This document shows positions 31,234-40,525 of a stretch of DNA of 41,106 nt, piece after piece. The position numbers and the translations under genes were made by a program. The notes below the pieces were generated by a model. The model had not been told where the DNA came from. It saw only the letters and a list, made by a program, of their open reading frames with translations, and searched no databases. Source of the stretch: Candidatus Hydrogenedentota bacterium (GTDB lineage: Bacteria > Hydrogenedentota > Hydrogenedentia > Hydrogenedentales > GCA-2746185); the NCBI GenBank assembly GCA_046583315.1, contig JAYGCN010000247.1:1-41106 (forward strand), given 5' to 3'. Positions within the stretch are counted from its first letter, which is position 1. Each line of letters opens with the position of its first letter.

Positions 31234-33075
31234 TTATTCGACGAGTGGTGCTTCGGCAGTCATTCGGTAGGCTTCGATGCGATTTCCGTATTGAACGATG
31301 AGTAATCCGCTTCCGTTCTCTAGAGGAAGAACGGCGAATTCTTCGATGCCTTTGGCGTTTTCGAGCGCACCCAGCTTTTCGCCGTCCGGCGATACGATGA
31401 CGAGTTCGTTGTCTGCTGTGACGAACAACCATTCGTTCGTTCCATCGCCGTTCAGATCGCCGAAGGCCATGGGTTTGTCGACCCATTTGCTATTGTCTTC
31501 GTCAACGGGCGTGCTCCACTGAACATTGCCTTCAAGGTCTGACGCGAATATTCGGTTATCGCCTATTGCAAGTATTTGGCGCGTTCCTTGGAGATCCATT
31601 TCCGCAGCGATGACGGGGCTGAAGTAGGCACCGCCGGGTTCCAGGGTGTCTATGGCTTTTCCGTCTCCATCGAAAATGCGAATGGTTCCTCCGGCTTCAG
31701 TCGCGACCACTAGCGCGTCGTGACGGTCGTTTGCAGAGATTACGGCCTGGTTCCATACGTTCCCGAGTCTTCTTTTCCAGAGTTTCTTTCCTTTCGCTGA
31801 AACGCCGTGTAGCCCTCCGCCGCCATTCATGCCGACGATCATCTCGTCTGTTCCGTCCCCGTCGAGGTCGCCCCAGTGGGCACCATTAATGCCCATCAAC
31901 GCTTTGTATGCCCACAGTTTTTTGCCGGAACGGTCAACAACGGTCGCGCTGTTCCCCCACGTGTCATAGCCGAGCAATCGGGGGCCTTGAGTGGCATGGA
32001 TACCAAATTCGATGAATTGGAATGTTGCGGGTAGTGAAACAGCTTGGATTTCTGAACCCGTATCGCTAATAACATGCAGCTTCCTTTTCTGATCGCTGAC
32101 GAGTACATCGGCGATGCCGTCTTGATTCCAGTCGCCGATGGCGAGGGAGGTCGCGGATCGGATTCTCAGGGTCCATGCGAGCTCGGGGATGAGTGGAGTC
32201 TCGCTTACGAGCAGCTCAGACTGCGGTACAGCGGGTTCCAATAGTGGCTTCCCTTCGAAATCGTCAGCCATGGCATATTCGCGCAGACTGTCGAGTTCCT
32301 CATAGCCGACGATGACGGTTTGTATAACACCGTTTCGATCAATGAAGAAGGTGGTGGGGTAAGCGCTAATGGCACCGTAGGGATCGGGCAGCTCGATCTG
32401 CTCTGCGGCCATCGGGTAGTCGACATCATTTTCGTCCAGGAAAGTGAGTACGGTATCGATGTCTTCGTCGCTGAGCCCCACGATAATTAGTTCGTCTTCA
32501 GTGAATTCCTCTCGAAGCTGATCGAAGTGCGGGATTTCCTCGATACACGGTGGGCACCAAGTGGCCCAGATGTCGATGATGACACGTTTGCCTTTTAGCT
32601 CACTAAGCGTGAAGGTTTCGCCATTCAGAGTTGTTAGCGTGAGTTCGGGGGCGACAACGCCCTCCCATTGGGTTACTTGATCGTCATCCATGTAATCACC
32701 CATTTCTTCCATGAACATTTTGTAGGCCCAGACATAAAAAGTGAGAAGGCTTATTGACGCGATGATACCCAGAGTGGACAGAATGCTGCCCCACTAGGCC
32801 ATCACTCGCGCGTGGGACGAGCGGCGAAGATGAAGGATGCCGAGCACAACTCCAATAAATCCAAGGAGTGATCCGATGATGAAGAAGCTGGTCAGCAATG
32901 ATGAAACGCCCAGAATCAGGCAGGCGATGGCCACACCAATCGGGGGCGATGTCGGGGTCCGGGTTAGGGCTTGTTCGTCAGACTCCGTGAATGATTGCTC
33001 CCTGAGGGTTATAGCGACGGGCCATACAGAACCGTGATCTAGTAGCGACCAATTAAGGCTACTTTCAATATACAC
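31234..33075 (-). pseudogene. Membrane anchor (DUF4190-like) + TlpA thioredoxin + FG-GAP/beta-propeller gene, interrupted by in-frame TAG at 32794-32796
   Basis: ORFs 32794-33075 and 31234-32718 share a frame; the join reads HARVMA*WGSILSTLGIIASISLLTFYVWAYKMFM; WATWCPPC; GDWNQDG, GDLDGDG and GDLNGDG repeats. Confidence 0.75.
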
Positions 33076-33158
33076 GCGAAGTCAACAATTATTCATAGTG
33101 TAGGTATGTTTCTTGGGGCGGGGTTGACGGAAGATGGGTTACTGTTCTAGAGTGGGGG

Positions 33159-33950
33159 ATGTCCGATGATGATCTTGATAGTCCTTTGGAGGATAGCTCT
33201 GGTCTTTTTGATGCGGAGTTGCGTGATGAAATTGTGAACAAGATTCACGTGGAGACGGCGCTGAATGAGACGGATATTTCGGCGCAGCTTCGTCGGCAGC
33301 GGATTCGGTCGGCGGGTTTGATTGGTGGGGGACTTGTCGCGGCGGTGGTCGTGTTGGGCGTCGGATTTTTTGGGTTCAAATCGATTCGTGCTTATATTGA
33401 TGCGAATACCTTTATTGTGCGGGCGGAACATTATGCGATTGCCGTAGGGGATCGCTATACCTACGCGGTGAGTCAGGATGGAAATTATTTGCTTGATGCG
33501 TATCTGGATGTTGAAGAAGAAATTCAGCGCGGGGAACATACCTTTTTTCGGGTGGAACAGATCGCGCCGGAAGCGATGGATACGTACTATTGGTCTGTTC
33601 GGAAAGATGGGTTTTATCAATTTTTGAGTCCGGATGACGCGCATCCGCAGGTGTATATTCCCTTTCCGATGAAGTCGGGCAAGAAGTGGGAGGCGCAGGT
33701 GTATCCGAGTGATCGCTATAGTTATGCCAAGCAGGCGGTGAACGCGGAGTTTCGAGCGGGTAAGGAAGTGACGTTACAACTACCCTATGGCGAGGTCGTT
33801 TGCATCGAGATCACGGTTCAGGAACCGGGCGAAGATAAGCCGCGGACGCTGTGGATAGCGGAAGAGGCGCCAATTGCCAAACTGGTGGTGGATCCCGATG
33901 ATCCAAGTTTCGTGGCTGAGCTGAAGAGCATCGATACGGTACCCAAATAA
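33159..33950 (+). CDS. Hypothetical single-pass membrane protein
   Basis: 263-aa ORF; acidic N-terminus, RRQR then TM, beta-rich C-terminal domain. Confidence 0.75.
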   Translation: MSDDDLDSPLEDSSGLFDAELRDEIVNKIHVETALNETDISAQLRRQRIRSAGLIGGGLVAAVVVLGVGFFGFKSIRAYIDANTFIVRAEHYAIAVGDRYTYAVSQDGNYLLDAYLDVEEEIQRGEHTFFRVEQIAPEAMDTYYWSVRKDGFYQFLSPDDAHPQVYIPFPMKSGKKWEAQVYPSDRYSYAKQAVNAEFRAGKEVTLQLPYGEVVCIEITVQEPGEDKPRTLWIAEEAPIAKLVVDPDDPSFVAELKSIDTVPK

Positions 33951-34002
33951 GGATACGAAGTATCCGTCGGTTCTTCTTTCTTCTTTCCCAAGAAGAAAGA
34001 AG
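33951..34002 (-). repeat. Double-hairpin intergenic element, copy 1
   Basis: Minus strand: CTTCTTTCTTCTT-GGGA-AAGAAGAAAGAAG (13-bp stem), AACCGAC, GGATAC-TTC-GTATCC. Confidence 0.75.
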
Positions 34003-34008
34003 GGTGGT

Positions 34009-35613
34009 TCAAGTCTGTATCACGCCGGTGTGGTAGCGGCTTTTGGGTTGGGGGCGTTTTACGATTTCGAGGGTGTTGATGAGGACTTCGCGTGTGGTGT
34101 GGGGCGCGATGATGGCGTCGACCCAGCCGCGTGCGGCTCCCCAGCGGATGTCGGTTTTTTCGGCGTATCCGTCGTGGACTTTTTGGCGGAGGGCATCGAG
34201 TTCTTCGTGGTCCATTTCGTTGCCGTCGCGGATGGCGGCTTTTTGGGTGATGTCGAAGATGACGCCGGAGGCCTGTTCGGCACCCATGACGGCGTATTTG
34301 GCGTTGGGCCAGGCGTAGATCATGCGGGGGTCGTAGGCTTTGCCGCACATGGCGTAGTTGCCGGCCCCGAATGAGCCGCCGGTGATGACGGTAATTTTCG
34401 GGACGACGGCGTTGCTGAGCGCGTTGACGAGTTTTGCGCCGGAACGGATGATGCCGGTGTGTTCGGCGTCGCGGCCGACGATGAATCCCATGACGTCTTG
34501 CAGGAAGAGGATGGGGATTTGCATCTGGTTGCAGTCCATGACGAAGCGCGCGGCTTTGTCGGCACTTTTGGCGTAGATGACGCCGCCGATTTGCATGCCT
34601 TCTTCTTTGCTCATGATGTGTTTGCGTTGGTTGGCGACGATGCCGACTGGGTGTCCGCCGATTTTGGCGTATGCGGTGATGATCGTCGGGCCGTAGTCGG
34701 GTTTGGATTCTTCGAGTGTGTCCGCGTCGACGATGCAGTCGATGACATCGTGCATGTCGTATTCTTTTTTGCCGTGCGCATCGACGATGTCGTAGAGATC
34801 CTTGGGGTCGCGTGCGGGTGCGCCGGTAACTTCGTGTTTCGTATCTTCGGGCAACATGTCAACGAGTTTGCGTAGACGTTGGAGGCAGGATGTGTCGTCC
34901 TTTTCCAGAAAGTCGACCGTGCCGCTGATTTCCGCGTGCATTTTTGCGCCACCGAGATCTTCGGAGTCGACTTCTTGTCCAATGGCGGCTTTTACGAGCG
35001 CGGGGCCTGCGAGGTAGAGTCCGCTGCCTTCGGTCATGAGGATTTTGTCAGAGAGTACGGGCAGGTAGGCCCCGCCTGCGATGCAGTTGCCCATGATGGC
35101 GGAGAATTGGGGGAGACCTGCGGCGGAAATGACGGAGTTGTTGCGGAAGATCCGGCCGAAGTCGTCTTCATCGGGGAAGATTTCGTCTTGCAAGGGGAGA
35201 TAGGCACCTGCGGAATCGACGAGGTAGAGGAGGGGCAGTCCATTTTCGAAGGCCATGCGTTGTGCGCGCAATACTTTTTTGCAGGTCTGGGGGAAGAAGG
35301 TGCCGGCTTTTACGGTGGCGTCGTTAACGATGAGCATGCAAAGACGACCACTGACGCGGCCCACGCCAATGACGACACCTGCTGCGGGCACGTCGCCGAT
35401 GTCAGGATACATTTTGTAGGCGGCCCAGAGTCCGAGTTCGAGAAAGTCCGAATCGGGGTCGAGCAGATTTTCGATGCGTTCGCGCGCGACCATGCGTCCG
35501 TTGCGGTGTTGGCGTTCCTGACCCCTGATGCCGCCGCCTTCACGGAGTACAACTTCGGTTTCGAGGATGGCATCGGTCATTTCGCGTAGATTCATGTTGC
35601 TGGTGTCGGTCAT
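34009..35613 (-). CDS. Acyl-CoA carboxylase carboxyltransferase (methylcrotonyl-CoA carboxylase beta-like)
   Basis: NDATVKAGT, LVDSAGAYLPLQ, GNCIAGGAY, LAGPALVKAA, LGGAKMH, GSFGAGNYAMCG. Confidence 0.93.
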   Translation of the reverse strand: MTDTSNMNLREMTDAILETEVVLREGGGIRGQERQHRNGRMVARERIENLLDPDSDFLELGLWAAYKMYPDIGDVPAAGVVIGVGRVSGRLCMLIVNDATVKAGTFFPQTCKKVLRAQRMAFENGLPLLYLVDSAGAYLPLQDEIFPDEDDFGRIFRNNSVISAAGLPQFSAIMGNCIAGGAYLPVLSDKILMTEGSGLYLAGPALVKAAIGQEVDSEDLGGAKMHAEISGTVDFLEKDDTSCLQRLRKLVDMLPEDTKHEVTGAPARDPKDLYDIVDAHGKKEYDMHDVIDCIVDADTLEESKPDYGPTIITAYAKIGGHPVGIVANQRKHIMSKEEGMQIGGVIYAKSADKAARFVMDCNQMQIPILFLQDVMGFIVGRDAEHTGIIRSGAKLVNALSNAVVPKITVITGGSFGAGNYAMCGKAYDPRMIYAWPNAKYAVMGAEQASGVIFDITQKAAIRDGNEMDHEELDALRQKVHDGYAEKTDIRWGAARGWVDAIIAPHTTREVLINTLEIVKRPQPKSRYHTGVIQT

Positions 35614-35803
35614 TGGTGGTTCCTGGAATTGTCAAAGATAGGGTCTATTTTCGCATGATTTCATGCATCTATTCAATTGGTTTACGTATAAACTGTCTAA
35701 CGTGGGTTTCGGAGTCGACTTTTTGCTTTACGTTTGAGTGAAAATGTTTCACAATGGACGGTGTGTGGTTTTGTGGGGATGTCTTGACTCAGGAGGATGT
35801 TGG

Positions 35804-36307
35804 ATGAGTGATGCGACGACGGTTTCGGCTTTGTTGAATTCGATTACGCATGGTCCGGCGTGGCACGGGCCTTCGACGATGGAGGTGATTGAGGGAATTT
35901 CGGCTGAGGATGCGGCTTCGCATCCGGTGGATGGATTGCATAGCATTTGGGAGATCGTGAATCATGTGAATGCGTGGCAGTCGTATATGCTGGCGGTGTT
36001 GGCAGGGGAGGATTCGGTGTCGCTGGATGGGGAAGCGGATTGGCCGTCGTTGCCGTTGTCGCATGGGGAGGCGGAATGGCATGCGGCGTGTCGGGATTTG
36101 GAACGGTTGGGCAGGGAGATTTGCGAGGCGGTGTTGCAGTGTGATGACGCGCGCATGAAGGAGATGGTGCCGCATAAGGAGTTCACGTTGAAGGTGTTGT
36201 TGCATGGGGTGGTGGCGCATAATGTGTATCATGGTGGGCAGATAGCGTTGTTGAAGAAGTGTCTTGAGAATGAATCGAAGACGGAAGCGAAGGCGGTAGG
36301 CGACTAA
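35804..36307 (+). CDS. DinB-family protein
   Basis: AGGAGG RBS; AWHGPS, HSIWEIVNH, HGVVAHNVYHGGQIALLKK. Confidence 0.88.
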   Translation: MSDATTVSALLNSITHGPAWHGPSTMEVIEGISAEDAASHPVDGLHSIWEIVNHVNAWQSYMLAVLAGEDSVSLDGEADWPSLPLSHGEAEWHAACRDLERLGREICEAVLQCDDARMKEMVPHKEFTLKVLLHGVVAHNVYHGGQIALLKKCLENESKTEAKAVGD

Positions 36308-36370
36308 CTTACCTTTCTTTTAGAAAAAAGAAAGGTAAGACCAAAGAAAACCGACGGATGCTTTGCATCC
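36308..36370 (+). repeat. Double-hairpin intergenic element, copy 2
   Basis: CTTACCTTTCTTTT-AGAA-AAAAGAAAGGTAAG (14-bp stem), ACCAAAGAA-AACCGAC, GGATGC-TTT-GCATCC. Confidence 0.75.
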
Positions 36371-36392
36371 TCATGGGGTGTATGATCGGAGG

Positions 36393-36938
36393 ATGTGGAA
36401 ATTTATCTGGATATTGTTAGTTTGTTTGTCGGGGTGTGGGGATTCTAGTGTATCTAATCCGGATGTTTTGGTGGAGACGGAGGAGTCTTCGGTTGTGACC
36501 TTGACGTATCCGGTGCATGATGCGGCTGGATTGGGGGATGTGGATGGGCTGGAAGGGTTGCGGGATGATGGCGCGGCGTTGGAGGGGTTGAATGGGGAGG
36601 GGTTGACGGCGTTGCAGGTGGCTGTGGTGGCATCGCGGATGGAATCGGTGCGATGGCTGCTGGATGCGGGCGTGGATGTGAATGGGGTGCCGAGTTCGGG
36701 TAAAGCGCCGTTGTTGCAGGGGGTGTATATTTTTTCGGAAACTGAGCAGGGTACGGCGGAATGGGATGCTGCGCGGGAGGTGCTGATGGTGTTGCTGGGG
36801 CATGGGGCGAATCCGATGGAGGCGTACAATGGGTATCTTTCTCCGGTGCAGCGTGCGATGGAGTTGCGGTGTGAGTCGTGTGTGTCGCTGATGCGGCGTG
36901 GGGCCTTTTCGCATAACTCCGAACTGGTGAGTATTTGA
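36393..36938 (+). CDS. Ankyrin-repeat lipoprotein
   Basis: MWKFIWILLVCLSG|C lipobox; PVHDAAGLG, GLTALQVAV, LLDAGVDVN, LLGHGANP. Confidence 0.8.
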   Translation: MWKFIWILLVCLSGCGDSSVSNPDVLVETEESSVVTLTYPVHDAAGLGDVDGLEGLRDDGAALEGLNGEGLTALQVAVVASRMESVRWLLDAGVDVNGVPSSGKAPLLQGVYIFSETEQGTAEWDAAREVLMVLLGHGANPMEAYNGYLSPVQRAMELRCESCVSLMRRGAFSHNSELVSI

Positions 36939-37040
36939 GATTGACTGGTCGAGGTGCTTTGCGCAGCTCCTCGCATTGACGGATTGCGGTGAGGTAAACT
37001 GGATTTCTGTATGTTTAATTGCGTGAGAGGATACTTTGTC

Positions 37041-37913
37041 ATGAAATCTATGAATCGTCGTGAGTTTTTGTCTCGTTCGTTGGTGTCGGCTTCGGTGGCC
37101 GGGGTTGCGGCGCAGGGTGCGTCGTTGGGGGTTGCTTCTGCTGCGACGAGGATGAGGTTTGGGTTGGTGACGTATTTGTGGGGCGAGAAGTGGGATCTGT
37201 CGATGTTGATTCAGAATTGCGAGGCGTCTGATGTGTTGGGCGTGGAGCTTCGGACGACGCATGCGCATGGCGTGGAGCGTGAGTTAACGAAGAAGCAGCG
37301 TGGGGAAGTTGCGAAACGGTTTGCGGATAGTCAGGTGACGCATGTGGGGATTGGGAGCAATGAAAATTTTGATGCGCCTAGTGCGCGTAAACTTGCGCGG
37401 TCCATTGAGGCTACGAAAGAGTTTATTTTGTTGAGTCATGATACGGGTGGTTCGGGTGTGAAGGTGAAGCCGAACAGTTTTCATGAGGGAGTTGACCATC
37501 AAGTGACGATCGAACAGATCGGGAAGTCGCTGAATGAGCTGGGGGCTTTCGGTGCGGATCATGGTCAGGAGATTCGGCTGGAGGTGCATGGCCAGTGTCA
37601 GCGGTTGCCGATCATCAAAGAGATTATGGATATCGCGGATCATCCGAATGTGGCGGTGTGCTGGAATTCGAATGCGGAGGACTTGCTGGATGGTGGGCTG
37701 GAGTCGAATTTCGATCTGGTGAAGGGTCGATTTGGCGCGACGGCGCATGTGCGGGAGTTTAATGTTGGGGTTTATCCGTACGCTGAGTTGATGAAGTTGT
37801 TTGTGGGCATGGATTATGACGGTTGGGTGTTGATGGAGGCGCGCACGAGGCCGGAGGATGGGATCGCGGCGTTGATTGAGCAGCGGGAGGTGTTTGAGAC
37901 GCTGACCTCGTAA
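37041..37913 (+). CDS. Tat-exported sugar-phosphate isomerase/epimerase (xylose-isomerase-like TIM barrel)
   Basis: NRREFL Tat motif; GVELR, IRLEVHG, YDGWVLME. Confidence 0.88.
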   Translation: MKSMNRREFLSRSLVSASVAGVAAQGASLGVASAATRMRFGLVTYLWGEKWDLSMLIQNCEASDVLGVELRTTHAHGVERELTKKQRGEVAKRFADSQVTHVGIGSNENFDAPSARKLARSIEATKEFILLSHDTGGSGVKVKPNSFHEGVDHQVTIEQIGKSLNELGAFGADHGQEIRLEVHGQCQRLPIIKEIMDIADHPNVAVCWNSNAEDLLDGGLESNFDLVKGRFGATAHVREFNVGVYPYAELMKLFVGMDYDGWVLMEARTRPEDGIAALIEQREVFETLTS

Positions 37914-38079
37914 AGATTGATTGAAAAGCCCGTGTCTACAGGGTATCATACGGACTGTTAATACGTTTACTAATGGCTGTGATTGACCCTTGTGGTTGCG
38001 GGTTGGCGTATCTTTTCTACTGTGTTTATTGTATGTTTAGGGCGAATGCCTTTTCTTTTAGTGTAGGAGATTATGTGTC

Positions 38080-40479
38080 ATGAGAACGATTTCGAAAGTG
38101 GCGGTGCTGGGTTCGGGTGTGATGGGGGGCGCGATTGCGGCTCACCTGGCGAATTGCGGTATCCCGAGTGTGATGTTGGATATTGTGCCCTTTGATTTGC
38201 CGGATGCGGATAAGGACAACAAGAAGAAGCGTAATAGTATTGCGGCCGCGAGCAAGAAGGCGTTGTTCAAAACGAAACCTGCTCCGTTGTACAAGACATC
38301 GAATGCGGACCTGATCGAGATCGGCAACTTCGACGACGACATGGAAAAGATCGCAGATTGCGATTGGATCGTGGAAGTTGTCACAGAACGCCTTGAGATT
38401 AAGAAGATTGTTTTTGAGAATGTGAAGAAACATCGCACACCCGGAACAATCATTTCGTCGAACACTTCCGGTATCGCGATTCACTCCATGGTCGATGATT
38501 TTGATGACAACATGAAGAAGAATTTTCTGGGTACGCACTTTTTCAATCCGCCGCGGTATCTGAAGTTGATGGAAATTATTCCGGCACCCGATACGGATCA
38601 GGAAGTCATTGAGTTCATGGCGGCGTTTATGGAGGATGTGCTTGGTAAAGGGGTGGTCTATGCGAAGGATACGCCGAATTTCATCGCAAATCGTATTCTT
38701 ACTTTTGGGTCGCAGTTTATCTCGTATGAAATGTTGAAAGATGGTCTGTGTGTGGAAGAAGTGGATGCGTTGACGGGGCCGGTGGTTGGTCATGCTTCGT
38801 CGGCTACGTTCCGCACGGGTGACTTAGTTGGTCTGGACACGTTGGTGAATGTGGTGGGCAACGTTGCGAACAATTGTCCGGATGACGAGTGCATTGAATT
38901 GATGAAGTTGCCACCTTTCCTTGAGAAAATGGTGGAAAAGGGGTATCTCGGTAACAAGACGGGCTCTGGTTTCTTCAAGGCGACCAAAGAGCGTGACGAA
39001 CGGGGTAAACGAATCATTCTGGGGCTTGATCTCGAAACAATTGAGTACCGGGACCCGATTCGTCCTGATTTCCCGAGCCTTAAAGCAGCGAAAAAGTGTG
39101 AAACACTGGCGGAGAAGATCAATACGCTTACGAAGGGCGAGGATAAAGGGGCGATATTCTCCTGGAAAGTCTTCGCGAACTCGGCGATTTATGCGGGGAA
39201 TCGGATTCCGGAGATTTCCGACGATATTGTGAATATTGATAATGCGTGTCGTTGGGGTTTTGCCTGGGAAGTCGGGATTTTTGAGACGTGGGATATTCTT
39301 GGATTTGATTATGTCTGTGATCGTATGGAAGCGGAGGGCTTGAAGTTGCCTCCGATTGCGGTGGCGATGAAAGAAGCGGGTGCGTCGACTTTCTATGACT
39401 TTGTGGATGGCGGGGATGTGTATTTTGATGTCGCGTCGAAATCATACAAACCCGTCCCACAAAACGAAAACAACGTCAGCTTGAATCTGCTTACGAAAAC
39501 GAACAACGTCGTGAAAGAAAACGAGAGTTGCTCGCTGATTGATATCGGCGATGGCATCTTGTGTGCGGAATTTCACACGAAGATGAACAGCATTGATGAT
39601 GGCATGGGGCAGATGCTGAATGAAGCGTCTGAGATGCTGAATAATGATGAGTTCGATGGCCTAGTGATTGGTAACCAGGCGGAGCATTTCTGTGCGGGTG
39701 CGAATGTGTTCGTGATTCTCGGTGAAGCGATGCAGGGCAACTGGGAAAAGATTGAGAATGCTATCGATCAGTTGCAGCAGGTGCTGATGGGATTGCGCTT
39801 TAATTCCAAACCGGTTGTTGCGGCTCCCCATCACTTTACGCTGGGGGGAGGATGCGAAATTGCTCAGGCGGCGGATCGTTGTGTGATAAATGGCGAGACC
39901 TATGGTGGTCTTGTGGAGGTGGGCGTGGGACTTGTGCCGGGCGGTGGCGGATGTAAGGAGATGTTGCGTCGCGCTCAGGAGTATGTGCCTGCAAACGTGC
40001 CGGGTGGCGATCTGTTTCCCTATGTGCAACGCGCGTTTCAAAATATTTCGACGGCGGTCGTGAGCACGAGTGGTGCTGAGCTGGTTGAGAATGGTCATCT
40101 GAGCGAACATGACATTATTTGTGCGAGCGGCGACCAACAGATCAAACGTGCGAAGGATGTGTGTCTGGGTATGGTGAAGGCGGGGTATACGCCTCCGTTG
40201 CCTGCGACGATGACGGCATTGGGTGAGCCGGCGCGTGCGGCATTCCGGGTGGCCTTGTATGGATTTCAGCAGGGCGGATTTGCTTCCGAGCATGATGTGT
40301 TGATCGCGGAGAAGGTCGCGCATATATTGACGGGTGGCGATCGTCCGGCGGGCTCGAAAGTGACGGAGCAGGATATTTTAGATTTGGAACGCGAGGCGTT
40401 TGTGAGTCTTGTGGGAATGGAAAAATCTCAGGCTCGGATACAACAGATGTTGATGACCGGAAAACCGTTGCGTAACTAA
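38080..40479 (+). CDS. fadN: 3-hydroxyacyl-CoA dehydrogenase/enoyl-CoA hydratase (FadN-type)
   Basis: GSGVMG, SSNTSGI, GTHFFNPPRY, DTPNFIANR; C-terminal crotonase FCAGAN, LGGGCE, GLVEVGVG. Confidence 0.93.
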   Translation: MRTISKVAVLGSGVMGGAIAAHLANCGIPSVMLDIVPFDLPDADKDNKKKRNSIAAASKKALFKTKPAPLYKTSNADLIEIGNFDDDMEKIADCDWIVEVVTERLEIKKIVFENVKKHRTPGTIISSNTSGIAIHSMVDDFDDNMKKNFLGTHFFNPPRYLKLMEIIPAPDTDQEVIEFMAAFMEDVLGKGVVYAKDTPNFIANRILTFGSQFISYEMLKDGLCVEEVDALTGPVVGHASSATFRTGDLVGLDTLVNVVGNVANNCPDDECIELMKLPPFLEKMVEKGYLGNKTGSGFFKATKERDERGKRIILGLDLETIEYRDPIRPDFPSLKAAKKCETLAEKINTLTKGEDKGAIFSWKVFANSAIYAGNRIPEISDDIVNIDNACRWGFAWEVGIFETWDILGFDYVCDRMEAEGLKLPPIAVAMKEAGASTFYDFVDGGDVYFDVASKSYKPVPQNENNVSLNLLTKTNNVVKENESCSLIDIGDGILCAEFHTKMNSIDDGMGQMLNEASEMLNNDEFDGLVIGNQAEHFCAGANVFVILGEAMQGNWEKIENAIDQLQQVLMGLRFNSKPVVAAPHHFTLGGGCEIAQAADRCVINGETYGGLVEVGVGLVPGGGGCKEMLRRAQEYVPANVPGGDLFPYVQRAFQNISTAVVSTSGAELVENGHLSEHDIICASGDQQIKRAKDVCLGMVKAGYTPPLPATMTALGEPARAAFRVALYGFQQGGFASEHDVLIAEKVAHILTGGDRPAGSKVTEQDILDLEREAFVSLVGMEKSQARIQQMLMTGKPLRN

Positions 40480-40525
40480 CCATCTTTTTTGGACTAACTA
40501 TTTCACTCATTTGGAGGAAACTATA

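Noticed and set aside
32794..32796. Genome-wide TAG recoding
   Set aside because: lepA, fliC, ddl and others end at TAG at the expected C-termini
33951..36370. Composite transposon or CRISPR interpretation of the repeats
   Set aside because: No transposase or target-site duplication seen; only two diverged copies and no spacer array
36371..37949. Long minus-strand ORFs (223, 283 and 221 aa)
   Set aside because: Shadows of well-supported plus-strand genes; low-complexity H/P/R/Q/S content, and the G/T skew removes stops from the opposite strand
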